A stretch of 59,011 nt of DNA, the filler included, from Basidiobolus ranarum (lineage: Eukaryota): assembly GCA_040143965.1 (NCBI GenBank). It is 7 parts of 7 records of this genome, joined end to end, with 100 filler letters (N's around TTAATTAATTAA, not from the genome) between each part and the next. Parts side by side here need not be neighbours in the genome. Positions count along the whole stretch, not along the records: positions 25,373 to 33,714 come from JASJQH010000981.1; positions 33,815 to 42,153 come from JASJQH010000982.1; 5 more parts are not named here. One strand, 5' to 3'. A model generated the notes under the pieces. That model saw nothing but the letters and a program-made list of their open reading frames with translations, was not told where the DNA came from and did not search any database. Within the stretch, counting starts at the first letter, position 1, and every line of letters begins with the position of its first letter. The position numbers and the translations under genes are program-made. Below, one piece after another: positions 25,373-39,332 of the stretch.

Positions 25373-25692
25373 AACATGTGTGCAAAGTTTGGGGCTTCTT
25401 TGAAAAATCTATATATCTGAGAACTTCTAAGTTGGTGTCAATATTCCAAGTAAATTCCTTATGAGAATAATTGATAATATCTTAGTGAATTATAAGATAA
25501 CTAAGTAGTAAGCTATATATGACTATATAGGTGTTTAGGCAATGCTAATTTCAACAGTATATAGCTCAATATTTAGTTATTCCATATTGAACTAAGATAC
25601 CACCTCAAGAGGAATTTACTTAGAAGTTTGAAGAGGTTAAAGTATTTTGGGAGCCTGTTGGAAGTGGTTTGGAGAATTAGAGAAATTGGATA
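25373..25692. repeat. Cluster of LTR family B fragments in both orientations
   Basis: An LTR 3' end (GCTAATTTCAACA) at 25556, an inverted fragment at ~25558-25628, then an LTR start (GTTAAAGTATTTTGGGAGCCTGTTGGAAGTGG). Confidence 0.75.
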
Positions 25693-26468
25693 TTTTGTAC
25701 TTAATATTGTCTCTTTTTGTACTATGATCAGCACCAAAATTCTAGACATGTATCTCAACGAACATTAGCAATTTTGGAATGATTTGTCCTATATGACACT
25801 TAAGGTAGTGTAGAGTGGGATATTTTCCAATATACTTTTCTGACTCATTTTGTGCATGCTCCATGTGATTTTGATTAAGGAACAGTAATGTTAAAATCAC
25901 AACTTGTCTATAGTCATAGCTTGAGATAAAAGAATATATTTGTGAGTTTGACTATATGCTCATAAGCAGTATTTTCCGATGATATACATATTGAAAGAAC
26001 GTATTAATATCTGAGTCTGCATCAATAACATCATTAAAAATGCAACTAGAGCCGGGCTGTCCTAAGTTATATAATACAGGCAATTCCAACCAACCAATGT
26101 GATGAACATAATAATGCTTTTATCTGTCAAAGCGGTTTTGACCAACTTGCATATTCTCTAATTATCTACTCAAACAATTAGAGATTGTAAAGCATGTAAG
26201 TAGTTTGAATGAGCATTTCAATCAATGATCAGCTATTTGTAAATAAAGAATCTCCCATATTATGAAGATTTGTATAAATACTGATAATATGCGTAGTTGG
26301 AACAGTATCGTGCGGCACCGCTTATTTTCCGTGTTGCTCATAAGCCTCTTAGCACCATAGGCTTGTTACTACTTGTAGTTTAAGAGCGTCATTTTAAGCG
26401 TAGACGAAAAGAGTATCTAAGTACCCTTTCATGCTTTCCTAATATTGACGGAAACTTGAGGGTCGGGA

Positions 26469-26543
26469 ACTCATACATTCACTTTATTAAATACAATGAT
26501 TTATACATTTCAATACTCATACATTCACTTTATTAAATACAAT
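26469..26543. repeat. 29-bp direct repeat
   Basis: ACTCATACATTCACTTTATTAAATACAAT at 26469 and 26515. Confidence 0.9.
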
Positions 26544-27156
26544 ACATTTATTCTTAATCAACAATGCTAAACACAAAAATCAATGTTTGTACTGAACATA
26601 ATGACAACTTAACACAATGATTGAATAAGTAATTTGAGTATCTTTCGTAATCCATTTTGCTTATCAGATATCCAAGCTTCAAAATTACAGAATGTAGCAG
26701 AGTAATTAACCCTAACCCATTGAGAAATTGATGAGTGGAATTCGAACCCACAACTCTGGAAAAACTATATCCGCCATTCGAAAATTGATCAAAATGGCCA
26801 GCTCCTTTCTCATACATTACCATATTCTATTTCTAGAAAATCCATGGTTTGTGCTGAGGTAATTTGATCAGCTCAGGGCTAGTGAAAGCAATACTGATTG
26901 GCTTTGAAGTGATTTCGAACAGATGACTTTATTTAGGGCTCCATGTGAATAACGATTCCATTTTAAGATTGTCAATACATCAGGGCTATTCTAGATATAG
27001 ATCAATGTCATTTAATTGGTGCTATATCATTCCATTTAGGAACTTACTCAAAAGAATTCCTTTAGTGGCTGTTTGTTATCATTGTTGCAAATATGAACAA
27101 GAGAGGTATTCCAAAATGGAAAATAGATGTAAGAGGTAATGAATAGATTAAAGATA

Positions 27157-28493
27157 TTATAAGTTCAACACGTAGTTTGTGAAAAGATAAACTGCTCCTA
27201 ATAGCACAGAGCTTGCTTTGACCGATGTAGCTGAACTTCCGTGGACTTGGGTTTCAGTTGTTTGATGTGCTACGCTAGCACTCTGGCTATTAGATGAACT
27301 CGAGCTGGCTAGGGATGAGGTCATCGAAGAAGAGTCTGACGCTGAAGTAGATTTGGATTCACTAGAGCTACTAGCCTTAGACGAAGCTTCGGTACTGGTT
27401 GATTTGGAAGTGGATTTGGAAGTAGATTTGGTGGTGGATTTGGTAGTAGAAGTAGAAGCAGGGATTACACTAGTTGGAAAGAGCTGAACTGCGTTACCGT
27501 TGCTTTGACATTCAATTTGAACCGAGTCGTAGTAGGCCTTGTAAACTGTGTTAGGATTACTCCAATTAGTTGGTCCACCAGCCCAGTACATAGTTCCATT
27601 GGAGCCTCGACCACCATCCCAGATACCAAGATGAACCTGAGCTAGTTGAGATGGATATTTATATTCTTTCGACTTTTCATCGTAGGTATCCTTCTTGTAG
27701 AGTGTTCTGACCAGCTTATTATTTACATACCACTTGATAAACTCCTCTTCCCATTGGAATTTGTATTCATTGAAGCCAGCCGAAGTGTCGCTGCCAACAG
27801 AAGTCGAATTCATATTTCTCCAATCCTGTTGGTCTTTATAGTAGTAGTAATTGGTTTGGACATCATTTGGACTTTTGCCAACCCATTCAAAGTCAATTTC
27901 ATCACCCTCGGGACTACGAATGATAAAGGAGGTAACAACACCAGGAGTTACAGAAGCAGTCTTAACTTTGGCAGTAACAGTTCCATACTGAATCCATCTG
28001 ACGGAAGAGACAGTAGCACCAAATCCTTGCAATCTACCTTCACTATTTTTCTGAGTACCAAGCTTCATACTTAAAACAAGTTCATTGTTTTCAATGTCGG
28101 CATAGTTTGGAACAAATTCGCTAACCCAGTTATAACCACTGTTTGGGTTTCCGTTAAATTTTTTTATGGGGATCAGATCGTTCTTGCTGAAATCCTCTGA
28201 AAAGCTTTCACACTGAGGTTTAGGATAGCAACTATCTGGTGAATAACTGTTACTGGGATCACATACAGTTGCCATACAATAGTGACCAAGAGGATAGCAC
28301 CAACCCTCAGAGCAACAAGGGGTATACTCAGAGCAAGTAGCGTTGTTGTGTTGACATATAGCATTGACTTGGCTACTACCGAGAACTAGCAGAGCTAAGA
28401 GAGATAACTAAATGGAGAAGGGAGAAAATGGTTAGATATTGTATGATCAATTAAACTAAGCAGCAAGATGAAAATCACCTTTTTGACGGCCAT
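27157..28493 (-). CDS. GH16 Crh/Utr2-like chitin transglycosylase with an N-terminal Cys-rich chitin-binding module, Ser/Thr stalk and probable GPI signal
   Basis: MAVKK/LSLLALLVLG signal peptide, CSEYTPCCSEGWC module, catalytic DEIDFEWVG, LGIWDGG..WAGG, S/T-rich tract and a hydrophobic tail. Confidence 0.92.
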
Positions 28494-30532
28494 GTTAGAA
28501 AACTCGTAAGGATTATTGTAAACTACAAATTGTGTCAGACTCTACACTAGCTACAAGCTTTATATTCAAATCTCAGGTGTTGAGCTCTTGCCATAACTTC
28601 CTAACATGGTAAAGATACAAATCCGGTTCAGTATTTTTTAATACCCGTGAACTAGATCCCAGGAGTTATTTATAACTAGTGGATCTTTCAATAGAAGTTT
28701 GACTATACATGGTAACAAAGGTCACATAATATCATATATACATCTGATTAGAAGGTCAGAAACACAACTTTGGTGAATCTCTAGTTGATACTATGATATA
28801 ATAGGGAATCCAGTCAACAAATGAACAGCACGGTCTAGCAAAATGGAATGTTGTCAGTTTTAAATGAACTTAAAGTGATCTTCCAAATACATTCTGCACT
28901 TACAAACAATAAACGATATAAATATCCTGACTACAATATTTTGGGTCAGCGTCCAGGTTAGGATTTGTGAGCAAGCTAAACCTAACCCTAAATCCACCTT
29001 CTCCTATATCAATTTTTCATGTTAGTCTTCCCCTAACCCCAAATGAAATCTTCCTCTTTCCTGAACAAGAGGGAAATCTGCTTAATGTGATTGGTGTCCC
29101 TACACTCTGATGTTGATTATTTGTGTAAACAGAAAGTCGTTCAAAATGGAGGTCCCGATCTTGGAAAGAAATAATTGTCAGTGGTGAATCACTCAACAGT
29201 GATTAACTATAGATAGTAATGATGTTTAGTTATAGCTGTTTAGTAAACACAAAATCTGGCTGCTTGAAGGTAACTAGCAATCTTGATACTCCTTTTTCGC
29301 TTTGTAGCTGTAATTTGTGATTTTGTTGGATCAAACTTACGTCATTCAAGGAGGTCAAGTGACTACATATCTCTAACTCTATTCTTTGAGAAAACTAAGC
29401 CTCTTTCTTTAACCAGTGGGGTAGAGATTTGCATTGAATGTAGAATAGATAGGGATACGGAAGATATACCAAATGGCTTTAGTTTTGATGCAACGAGATT
29501 TCTCCATAAATTGAGCCAGTGGTATCAATTCATTCTCTAAATCACTTTTTCTCTACATCCCAAGTTGGCTTGGCTCAATATTGTTGTACCGTACACTTTT
29601 TCATACCGTTACTATATGTACTAACTCTTTATTACGAAGCAGAGTCTGTAGAAACCAATGGTCACAATAATTGTTCTAAATTTCAAGTGGGTTGGAGACG
29701 CTTGGATGTGCTGTGATGACTTCGTTGTAGGAATAAATTGATGAAAGTGAACAGATTTTACGTAGCATTAATAGGTGAATGATATTACACATGTAATTAT
29801 TCCAAGCGGAGCACAAAATGGAAAGTAGTCGAGTCTAGTAATCTCTTTTGAATATGGCGAAAACACTTATTCAGGTTCTGTGACATGTGTAGTTGTACGT
29901 AAAAACTCTATATTGTAATGCCTATTCCAAATCCGAGTTCAGTAACCAGTTTTGAACAACATGATGACATTGAGGCTGCAACTGACAGTCCAGAGCTAAC
30001 TGGTCAAACCTGTACTACACTAATGCCTCTTGTTTAAGAAGAGCATTCTAAGCATTAACTCTGTATTTTATCTAGAAAGGAAATAAGCAAGCCACGAGTC
30101 TCTTTAATTTCAACCATATGTGAAAATGTTTCACTCACTCGCCATCGAGGCTTCAAAAATATCCTAATTTTAGACTGAGAAAACCATATTTTTTATGATA
30201 AATGATTACCAGTAATATCTTATACTGAGACTATACGGATGATTTCTTGTCAAATGCTATTAATTATTAGTTTGAAATGATGACGTTTCTTGTATTATGG
30301 TCCATCTTGGTCAAGAGCCTCACACACACAGTTATGATAGACCCGTGATAAAGTGGGCCAATCAAAGAGATCGTTTTAAATGATACCCTAAGCATTATTA
30401 GGTATAATTTGTACCCAACCAAGCCACAACATTAAAGCTATTAACCAGTTCTACAAATAAAACATATAAATCATGCTTTTTGTTAGTTGAAATTTTTCAA
30501 CAAAATCCTATTCTTTCCCTTTTACCGACACA

Positions 30533-31581
30533 ATGACTGATAGAAATATTCTCGAAATAACACCCGCGGAATTAAAGCAATCAAGTGAACGCAAAGCATT
30601 AATCGCTGCCGAACCCGCCATCACGGTGAGAGAGGCTTTGAACAAGATGGCCTCTCATAGAATCGTTTCTTTACCAATTTATAGTCACAGTAGACCCGAT
30701 AAAATTGTCAATATTGTCAACGCTATGGATATTCTATCGTACATCGTTTCTATTACCAAAACACCTGCTGGTGAAGTGGCTAGCACTCTGAATACTGACG
30801 AGTTATCGAAGCTTGATGAAAACATTGAGGTAGTGATGACACTGGACACTGAAAAAGAAAGTTACCGTATTATTGAGACCGAGACGACTGACCCGTTGAA
30901 AAAGGTAAGCGTTTCTTATGCTTAGTTCAGTTGAATATTATTATTGACATGGAGCTTTATCTCGAAAGGTTTTGAAGGCTTTCTCAAGCGGAACACATAG
31001 AGTTCTTGTGTATGATTATGAAAATAACTCCTCCCCTTATATAATTACTCAATCGGATATAATCAAATACCTAATTGCCAACCCCCAAGCCGGAGGTAAG
31101 GTGGATATTAACAAGAGTATCTCTGAATTGGGGCTAATTCGCGATCGTGAGCTCCTTACCGCTAAAGATACAGATTCAGCATTGAAGACATACCATCTTA
31201 TGTTCGAATCCAATTATTCAGCCGTACCTGTAGTTAATTCTAGCGGAAAGTTGGTGTGCGCCTTGAGTGCAGCAGATCTACGTGGACTCAACCCCAAAGC
31301 GTTCAACAATTTGACTAAAAGCATACCAGAATTTCTCAGGGTACGCTTTAAAGCATTTTGAAAGATTTAACTTGATTGCTTACAGACTTTACAATTTATT
31401 CATTTAGGAAACTGACCATGGTAAATCCCCGCTAAAGACATGTGATAGAAACACACCACTATCGGAGATTTTCCAGAAGATTATCGATGCTCATACTCAC
31501 AGAGTATGGGTGGTTGAAAACGAGAAGGCCGTCGAAGTTATCACTTTATCAGATATCATCCAATTGTTTTATGCACAATGA
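30533..31581 (+). CDS. Tandem CBS-domain protein (Sds23/AMPK-gamma-like)
   Basis: Three exons, with CBS motifs HRIVSLPI, THRVLV..IITQSDII, SAVPVV..LSAADLRG and HRVWVV..VITLSDII. Confidence 0.85.
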
Positions 31582-32140
31582 GCTTTAATTGCGTTCTTAC
31601 CAGCTCCTATTAATCCTTGTCCATTTAGTAGTCATTCTTTATAGCATTATGTATACTTCAAGAGCTGTGTCACTTTCCATACCAAAATCTTGTCATTTTC
31701 TCTTTTAATCCTAAGAATCAACAGATATCCGATCGGCATCGGTTTTCACCGATGAAATCGTAGCTGTCATTAATTCTTTTTGAGTTTGAATAAAATCAAA
31801 TTACTGAAAAGGCAGTAAAATATGTTTTTACATTTATGTCCGAATTTTTTTCCAAATTTTAACAAGCTCTAAAGGAATATCTTTCCACATCAAAGAGAGA
31901 GGAGTATGCCGATTATTTGGTGTCTACAGGAAAGGTGAATGTAGTAGTTAAGATGAAGAAATAGGAAACAATCTAGAATATAATGCTGTGGTGGGGACGT
32001 TAAAGGTACATAAAATGTAACATGGAAGAAGAGTGAGTGTGATTGAAATGATATAGAGATAACGCATAGAGTACATATACATTGAAATTTAAACAGAAGA
32101 TAGTCATTTAAATATAATCAAGTTAGATGTAACACGTAAA

Positions 32141-33714
32141 CTAATGACATTCATATTGGGCAAATGGTATCCACTTGTCTTTTCCAGTCAAATATGCCAA
32201 AACCCACTTTCCTGGTTCCTTTAGAAACACTTCGGCAGCATAACTGTGTTCGTCGGGGAAATAGGAGAATACATTGTTGTGCTGCGAGGGTGAGCGTACC
32301 GATAGCTTGATTGGTTTGGTGGCACAGGGAGTTGCCACAACGAACCGATACCCACGACCACATTTCAATATAAGATCTCGAGGCTCCTTGATGGTAAAAT
32401 CGTGCTCCGTGAAAAACGTCATGACAAAATCATTAGGAAGTTTGTCCCCGGTATGTTTCAACATGAAACTGAATGATAAGGGATAAGGATTGGTATTTGT
32501 CGGTGCCTAGAATAGTGAATTGTTAACATATGTTCTACAAATGATCAAGAGTCAGTAATTATACCTGAATTTTTGGTCCAGTAAATACTTTCAAAAAGCC
32601 CGTTCCTTTTCCTTTGTTTAACCGGATAATTATACGAGCTACATTCTGACCATCCTGCTCAGACATATGAACCAAAGTTCTTAAATGGTTAAAATAAGTG
32701 GCGTTCTTATTCGGTATATCCACTTCAGCGAAACAGCCAAGACCACTTGGTAAGATGATGGAGAATTCGGCAGTTTCATCGTCTTCAAGATGGAACACAC
32801 TATCTGTGTAATCGATGAACTTCACCCCATCATAAAAGAAGTTGGGTTGAATGTAAGGAAGAGACCAGAAAGTTTTAGGTGAGATGGGTGGGCTTAGGAA
32901 TTGGAATTTGGGATTATTGGGGAAATGGGTGTAAATTAGATGAAGTGGATGTGCCAAGAAGTAGAAGTAGTCAGGCTGCTTTAAGTGATTATACAAATGC
33001 AACGGCGAAGCTGAGCCAATATCAATGAACCTAAACTCTCCGTTGATTTTAACTGCGTTCCACCAATGATTTGGGAGTGGTGTCTGAGAAGAGCCAAAGT
33101 GCTCTTCAGTAGGGCCTTTTTGGTAACCAGTAATGATATAACTTTCTAGACCACACGCTTGAGCCATTTCGTGAAATAAGATGGCAAATCCCTCTCGTTT
33201 ACAAACCTTCTTTTCCCAGACATCTTTGGGAAACTCTGGAGTTTCAGTACCAGTGATTGAGACGGGCTTGTGTCTTCCAGGATAGGATATATTCTTCAAA
33301 ATCCACACGAAAATAGCGCGAGATTTCGAGATTTCGTCAGTGTATTCATTGGTGAGCGCACCACGGCAAAAATCACTAGGAGATACGTAGGCACCAGGAT
33401 ACTCAGTAGCACGAGCTTTAGTATCAATATCATAGAAATCCATGAGAGAGATATCAATATTGTATTTTCCTTTACCCACTGAGGAAGACATGAGCAATGT
33501 CTCCATTGGACCCATTGTTTTGGTTTTCTTCAATTTCTCTTTTAATTTAGTTGTGAGATGATTGTAGGTCTCTCCACCAGCCATACTTGTTTTAGGTACA
33601 CCTCGGTAAGGCGATCTCTTCTCTGCCGGTTTGGCTGGTCGAAATTGCTCTGTCTGATAAGAATTGACCCTTTGTAGCTGTTGTGGTGGTTGTTGCTGCT
33701 CCTGCTGCTGTTGT
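32141..33714 (-). CDS. CYK3: Cytokinesis protein 3-like (transglutaminase-like domain); 5' part missing
   Basis: RAIFVWI, GFAILFHEMAQACGL..ITGYQKGP, NHWWNAVKING.FRFID and YFLAHP..IYTHFP. One intron at ~32507-32564. Gln-rich tract at the contig end. Confidence 0.8.
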
Positions 33715-33814
33715 NNNNNNNNNNNNNNNNNNNNNNNNNNNNNNNNNNNNNNNNNNNNTTAATTAATTAANNNNNNNNNNNNNNNNNNNNNNNNNNNNNN
33801 NNNNNNNNNNNNNN
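33715..33814. other. Artificial contig linker
   Basis: N44-TTAATTAATTAA-N44. Confidence 0.98.
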
Positions 33815-33845
33815 TTATTGAAGTTATTTCTTTACTTGAAATTAG

Positions 33846-34292
33846 ACGTTACTTCTTCTCGTCGTAAGTGCCGCAAGGCGCACTTTGCTGCTCCTTCCAG
33901 CATTCGCAGAAAGATCATGAGTGCTTCTCTATCCAAAGAGTTGAGAGAGAAATACAGCGTAAGTGGAGACTTTCCATCGTATACACATTAAACACGCATG
34001 TGCTAAGTCGAGTGATTTTCAGGCTCGTTCCCTTCCTGTCCGTAGGGACGATGAAGTATTGGTTGTTCGTGGTACCTATAAGGGACGTGAAGGCAAGATT
34101 GTCCAAGTTTATCGTAAAAAGTGGGTTATTCACATTGAACGTCTCACTCGTGAGAAAGTCAACGGAGCTACTACCGCCATTGGTGTTCATCCATCCAAGG
34201 TTGTTCTCTCCAAGTTGAAGCTTGATAAAGATCGTAAAGCACTTCTTGAGCGTAAAGATCGTTCAAAGGTTGCTGATTCTATGGAACAATAA
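33846..34292 (+). CDS. RPL26: 60S ribosomal protein L26 (uL24); first exon missing
   Basis: [53 protein letters not shown]...GVHPSKV. Confidence 0.97.
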
Positions 34293-35004
34293 ACTGTGTC
34301 TTGTGCATTCTCATCTTCACTTCATTATATTTTATGCTACCGTTACTTTGTCAAATGATTGTGCTTAACAAAATATGTGATTATCCTAGCATAGGTGAAT
34401 ATGGTATTGCTCCAGTAATACCTATGTGGCCCATAGTTATGTAGGTTGGTTTAAGTATCTAATACTGTTACTGAAGAGATACATTATCTGTCAATATAAA
34501 AGCAAAGTTATGAATGTATATTTGCTTTGTGAAGACATATCGTCCCTAAAAAATGCGAGAGCAGCCCCCGCTTCCCAAAAGGCTTTCTTCTGATATATTT
34601 TACACAGATTGAGAAGCCAAAATTTAATGATGTTTATTCTCTCTAATGGAGATACGTTCGAGTATCAGGAAGTGTGCAAACGGCATCGATATGTCGAATC
34701 TCTCCAATTATGCTAAACATCTAAGTGCGTTGTATCCTTGGATTCTGACATATCTTCTATATATTGCTTTAGGGTAAGAGTAATCTCTAATGTGCGTGAA
34801 GTCCGTTCACAGTGCTACTGATTAGTATGCGATCGACATTATCAATCATGCATAAGTATCCAAGACGATTACAAATTTGGTTGATGAATTAAAATTTTTA
34901 GAACAACTGTTGTGCCAGGGGACATTGATTTTTTTTTTTTTGATTTATTGTTATTACTAACCACATTTCCTCAATGTGTAGTACCTTTTCTTGTACAGAC
35001 AATC

Positions 35005-36230
35005 ATGTCCAAGCTTGTAGTTGCCAAAGCTGACCAAGTCACTCGTTTAGTAGTTGCTCACTACATCCCCGATATCAACATCGAGGAGGCTGATGTTGAG
35101 GTATAGTTCAGCGTTAACCATCAACTGACCTCAAATTAACCCCATTTCTAGTCCTCAAAATTAGATGATATCGTTGATGTCAACGAAATCGTTCTTCACC
35201 TTGCCGCCAAGGCTGGTCATGAATCTGTCGGCAAAGAGGCATCTGCCCAAGCTGAAGTTAAGAAATGGCTCGAAGAAACTGTTGTTGAAGCCAACAAATT
35301 GAATGAACTTGCCAGAGTATATTTTTTAAAGTTTTTTAACTTATTGACTTATTCACCTTATTAAAAAATCTTTTTATTTTATTCTAGAAATTAAATGAAC
35401 ATCTCTTAACTCGTACATATTTGGTTGACAACTATTTAACTCTTGCTGATTTGGTCGCTTTCGCTCGCATCTATCCTTTCGCCGTGAAGCTTCCCAAGCC
35501 TGCTCAACCCGGATTATGCAACCTTTTCCGTTGGATCGATCTCATCCAACATACCACTGAAATCTCCAAGGCTAGCTTCGATATCATTTCTATCAACCTA
35601 GAGGCCCCCAAGACTCAACCCAAGGAAAAGAAGGATAAGGAAGAAAAGAAAGAGAAGAAGGAGAAGAAGGGTAGCGACAGACCTAAACAACCCAAGGCCG
35701 CTGCTGAGCCCCTTGTCATGGCTCCCTCTCTTTTGGACCTTCGTGTCGGTCATATCACTAAATGTGAGAAGCATCCTGATGCTGATAGTTTGTATGTTGA
35801 AACCATCGAAGTTGGTGAAGCCGAGCCACGTACTGTTGTTTCTGGCTTAGTCAAATACATTCCTATTGAGAACATGCAAGAGATTGATGTTGTTCTTGTT
35901 TGTAACTTGAAGCCTGCTAACATGCGTGGAATCAAGTCCCATGCTATGGTCCTCGCTGCCACTTCTGCTGATGGAAATACTGTTGAATTAGTTACCCCAC
36001 CCGCTGGTAGCAAGCCTGGAGATCGTGTCTACTTCGAAGATTTCCAAGATGGTAAGCCCGAAGCTCAACTCAACCCTAAGAAGAAGATCTTTGAGACTCT
36101 TCAACCTGGTCTCAAGACCAACGATAGCAAGGTAGCTATGTGGACTGATGCCGAAGACAAGCCTCATCTTATGAGAACCGAGGCTGGCGTTTGTACTGTT
36201 ACCTCTGTTGTTGGTGCCTCCATCAAATAA
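35005..36230 (+). CDS. ARC1: Arc1-like tRNA-aminoacylation cofactor (GST-like N-terminus, Lys-rich linker, tRNA-binding OB domain)
   Basis: LTLADL, LDLRVGHI..EKHPDADSLYVE, RTVVSGLV and CNLKPANMRGIKSHAMVLAA. Two introns. Confidence 0.9.
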
Positions 36231-37547
36231 TAATATCGTCTACAAAGATTTATTGTTTACCAACCTTCCTTAGTTTGGCTTGATTCTTTCTGTAACAAGC
36301 ATACTTTACCAACTATTATGTAGAGTAAATAAAAACCAATTTTCGAAATTATGTCTATGGCACAATGGCTTCATCTGGATCTCATACAATGAGACGGATA
36401 CGTCATCAATCAGCTAATATCAAGAATATTGGTGGTTCGAGGGTATTTATGATGTAGTTTGACCGGTGGACTAAAGTAACTAGAAGACAGTATGATGGAT
36501 TGATATGTAAGCACGTGAGACCGCAGAACGAAAAACCATCACGTACTGGCTTAACGAATGGTAGAGTTTAATAGTATTATATTTAGCCGTTGCCGAGTGT
36601 CTCTGAAGCGAACTTCAATGGCGTTAATACTGAATTACAATTTCCGTACAGACAGGATTGTTCAGTAGGAAATATACTTTGTGTTTTAATTAGCTCTAGC
36701 AATAAGGTTGGGAATACAGCCCAAGGCGTGCAGATGATAAACCGTATGCATTGCTGCTTTCAATGCAGCCCTCGAATGAGGAGAGGGTATGCTAGTAAAC
36801 TCTCACCTATGAGAATCCGATAGCTATAGTTGGAAGTCCCGATTCGAAGTAGCCCCTGCGCATTGAGTAGCGCAGCAGGATTGTATCATATAGCTATCAT
36901 CATGAACTTCGAACCAGGGTTAGCCAAAACAAGTAAAAAAAAGCCAGCCATTTAACAGATCGTCATCGAGAACTAAACAACCAAGTTGCGATCTGCATAT
37001 CCACCTCTTAAATATTACTATTTGATGATTCGACGGTTCAAATCGGTCTGAAAGTCACACAGATAGCCGAGAGAGGTGCGCATCGGGTTATGCTTTCAAT
37101 TAAGCCGATTACTACTGAACAGCAGAGTTCCTCTGAAATGACGAAAGGAGTCGGATGGAAGCATCTGAGACTAAGCTTGAGTTACACTACTTGGAGATAA
37201 TGGCTAGGATAATAGATTGTTTGGAGCAAAACGTGTACCTCTCTATTTTGTATTACTTTTCAAGAGGAAGAAAGCCACATGACTTCTTGTCATTCTGCCA
37301 TTTGTAACCAATCATCTATCTTGATGCTTGGTACGCCTCTAGGTTTCTTGATTTACCTCCCTCGACGATTAATTGATGATTGGCTCAACTATAAAGCAGC
37401 AGGCACTGCTATGCATTACTCCTCATATCTTCTAAATCATCTACCGCATATTGGCCTGAACTCCTCCAGGTTGGAATTATAAATAGCCTGAGTATAAGAC
37501 CACGAGCTACAACCACTATCCCGCATTTTCAACTTATTCAGTTTCAT

Positions 37548-38949
37548 ATGGGCATCACTAAGCAAGCATCGCTCCCGAAGGCGACACTGGTAGAGGCGGA
37601 GTTTGATAAACCTATCGTCACCACTAGCAAACATGTTGAAGCACAAGAGGACACAGACCAGGGTAAATTCAAAGCGATCCTTGGCCTTTTGAAGAATATG
37701 ATTGGAGTCAAGGATATTGTAAGCATGTAAGTACGGCCTTTCCGTTTCATGTTGCCTATAAGAAACCGACTAATACCTTTATTAAACCATCTCTAGGCGC
37801 TTATCACTACCCGCACAACTTTTAGATCCTATTTCTAACCTTGAACACTGGCAATACCTTGATCGTCCAGATTTCTTTGCTTGGTACTTATTTCCCCACT
37901 CTATGTCCGCTTGATTCTTTCCACTAATTCCTTTAAATGAATACACTAGTATTGGTGACAATGATGACCCGTTAGAGCGAATGTTTGCAGTGATCGCTTG
38001 GTGGTTTTCAAAGGATTTAAAATATATCGTGTCTCGTATCAAGAAACCCTACAATTCCATTCTTGGTGAACAATTCATGAGCAAATGGGATGTACCAGCA
38101 TCAAGGCCTGGTTTATCACTGAATGACATCGAGTCGGAATCCGAAAAAGTCAAAGTAGTATTCGTCGCAGAACAAACCTCTCATCATCCACCTGTGTCTG
38201 CTTTTCACTATGAATGCCCCGAAAAAGGAGTTATTGCGTGCGGATCGGATCACATTTGTGCAAGGTTCACTGGTACATCCGTCAAAGTTTCATCAGGCAG
38301 TCACTCCTCTGGAATCCATGTTCGCCTGGCTAAGCGTGATAACGAAGAGTACCACCTGAGTCACCCTACCGCGAGTATTCAAGGATGGTTGAAAGGGTCG
38401 TTATACATTACTGTGAGCGAGTATTGTGTAATTACTTGCCCCAAGAGCGGGTTGAAAGCCGTAATTGAGTATAAGGAAGAACCGTGGTTGGGGAAGTCAA
38501 AATATCTAGTGGAAGGCAAGATTTTCCGAGAAGATTACTCGAGTAAAACTTCGGAAGAACCCATCAAGCTAAAGAACATCCAAGATACCCAAGTGGTTGC
38601 TAAGATCGAAGGAAGTTGGCGTGGCAAAGTTCTTGGAACACGTCTCGATAACAATCACACGAAAACACTAATCGATATGGGCTCTTTAGAAGTAATACCC
38701 AAGGTCGTAAAACCGTTATCTGAACAAAAAGATAACGAATCGAGAAAAGTATGGTCTGAAGTCACCGAATTAATCGTCAAAAGAGACTTCAATAATGCAA
38801 CAAAAGCGAAGCATTCCATCGAGGATCGTCAACGCCAAAAAGCCAACGAACGCCAATCCAAAGGGGATATATTCGTCCCTGAGTTATTTACAATAGACAG
38901 CTCAAAACCCGGCTACCCTTCACTCAAAATACCTTTGCCAGACCTATAA
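37548..38949 (+). CDS. Short oxysterol-binding protein homolog (Osh family)
   Basis: RLSLPAQLLDP, KKPYNSILGEQF, signature EQTSHHPPVSAF and ESRKVW..K..IEDRQR. Two introns. Confidence 0.92.
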
Positions 38950-39332
38950 TATTCCATAATATTTTGAATCCCATTTATTAATACGCGAATGTCTGTAAAT
39001 GAGCTTAATTGTCCCAAGTAATATAATCAATAAACCATTTTTACCAAACTAAGCGAACTCATCGAATTAGTCAATTTATTTGTGGCCATAAAGTGAATGT
39101 TTAGCACAAGCGTTGAAACAAATAGTTCACAAAGGGCATGAAAAACTACAAGTAAATTACAGAAATTAATCTAAGCTGAAGCGACAGATAATGTGTGCCA
39201 TACTAATACTTTCTTTAGAGATTTATAATGTTAGAGGTGGGAAGTTTGGTCGAAAAATGAGTGATACGATATTATAGAGTAAATAGCGGCGTACATAGTA
39301 GATGAGAGGTTGTGTGCGGATGGTGGATGTAT

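Noticed and set aside
26730..26765. tRNA T-arm/B-box-like GTGGGTTCGAATTCCAC on the minus strand
   Set aside because: I could not build a D-arm, anticodon arm or acceptor stem upstream.
27646..28074. Antisense ORFs over GH16 (similar ones over YDJ1, ARC1, RPL26 and Zwilch)
   Set aside because: Shadow ORFs arising from codon bias of the real genes on the opposite strand.
28976..29042. Telomere-like CCCTAA motifs
   Set aside because: Only isolated or degenerate copies, with no array.
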